NCBI RefSeq assembly: GCF_036971445.1
Contig: NC_091477.1
Coordinates: 101,680,001-101,744,000 of the forward strand
Length of the DNA stretch: 64,000 bases
From: Narcine bancroftii
Lineage: Eukaryota
Direction of reading: 5' to 3'
Positions 63,670-64,000 of the stretch are shown here, in pieces (positions within the stretch are counted from its first letter, which is position 1; every line of letters starts with the position of its first letter). Position numbers and translations under genes: made by a program. The notes beneath the pieces were generated by a model. That model made no database searches, was not told the origin of the DNA, and saw only the letters and a program-made list of their open reading frames with translations.

Positions 63670-64000
63670 AATTTTTTTGAATATTTTATTTAAATTCAAC
63701 ACATGTATTAATACAACATATACCAATCTTATAACACACACCCTATACCCCTCCCACACCTTCCCCCCAAAAATAACCCCAGAAAAGAGAACTAAAAAGT
63801 AAAAAACAGAAATTAAAGAAAAGTTAGAAATAAAGAATATAGCTGGTTATTAAAATTCCCATAGTTTCAACAAACTTGTACCTTGACAAAACATATCAAT
63901 TAATTAATTGACTCCAAGGAGTTAATAAGGTCCTCAAAGGTCTAATGGATGTCTTTTATAAATTAATACCTACAATTTGTAAATATAAGTACCAAATCTT
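63670..64000 (-). mobile_element. L1-clade LINE 3' end (continues past the window edge)
   Basis: AATAAA + A-tail on the minus strand, T/G-rich UTR, KIWYLYLQ-like ORF2 terminus at the edge. Confidence 0.55.

Noticed and set aside
1-64000. CRISPR arrays, operons or prokaryotic defence systems
   Set aside because: Spliced vertebrate genes and eukaryotic retroelements throughout; no repeat-spacer array seen

Overview
AT-rich, repeat-dense vertebrate genomic DNA. The repeat families (Rex1/Babar, CR1, RTE, Penelope-like, V-SINE/DeuSINE) suggest a cartilaginous fish; this is inference and the species cannot be fixed from the sequence. The window holds the conserved gnathostome block DIS3L2 <- | NPPC -> | <- COPS7B. 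(i) All six coding exons of COPS7B lie on the minus strand (58490 to 33784, 264 aa); one intron needs a GC-AG donor. (ii) A complete two-coding-exon C-type natriuretic peptide gene (CNP4/NPPC type, 109-aa precursor) lies on the plus strand with a CRE+TATA promoter; its 17-residue ring is unusually divergent and cationic (CFRLKMDKIGAMSKLGC). (iii) The probable 5' end of DIS3L2 lies on the minus strand: CpG promoter, non-coding exon 1 and a very long first coding exon. The rest is mostly layered transposon debris. The most interesting items are the divergent CNP, a TSD-flanked ORF1-only half-L1 element, a tailless 7SK retrocopy with an 18-bp TSD, hammerhead-like motifs and hairpins in Penelope-like ends, a solo LTR near the DIS3L2 promoter, and a ~8.5-kb CpG-retaining, TE-poor domain over NPPC. 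I see no evidence for a wholly new multi-gene system. Repeat boundaries are read by eye and are approximate unless a TSD is given.
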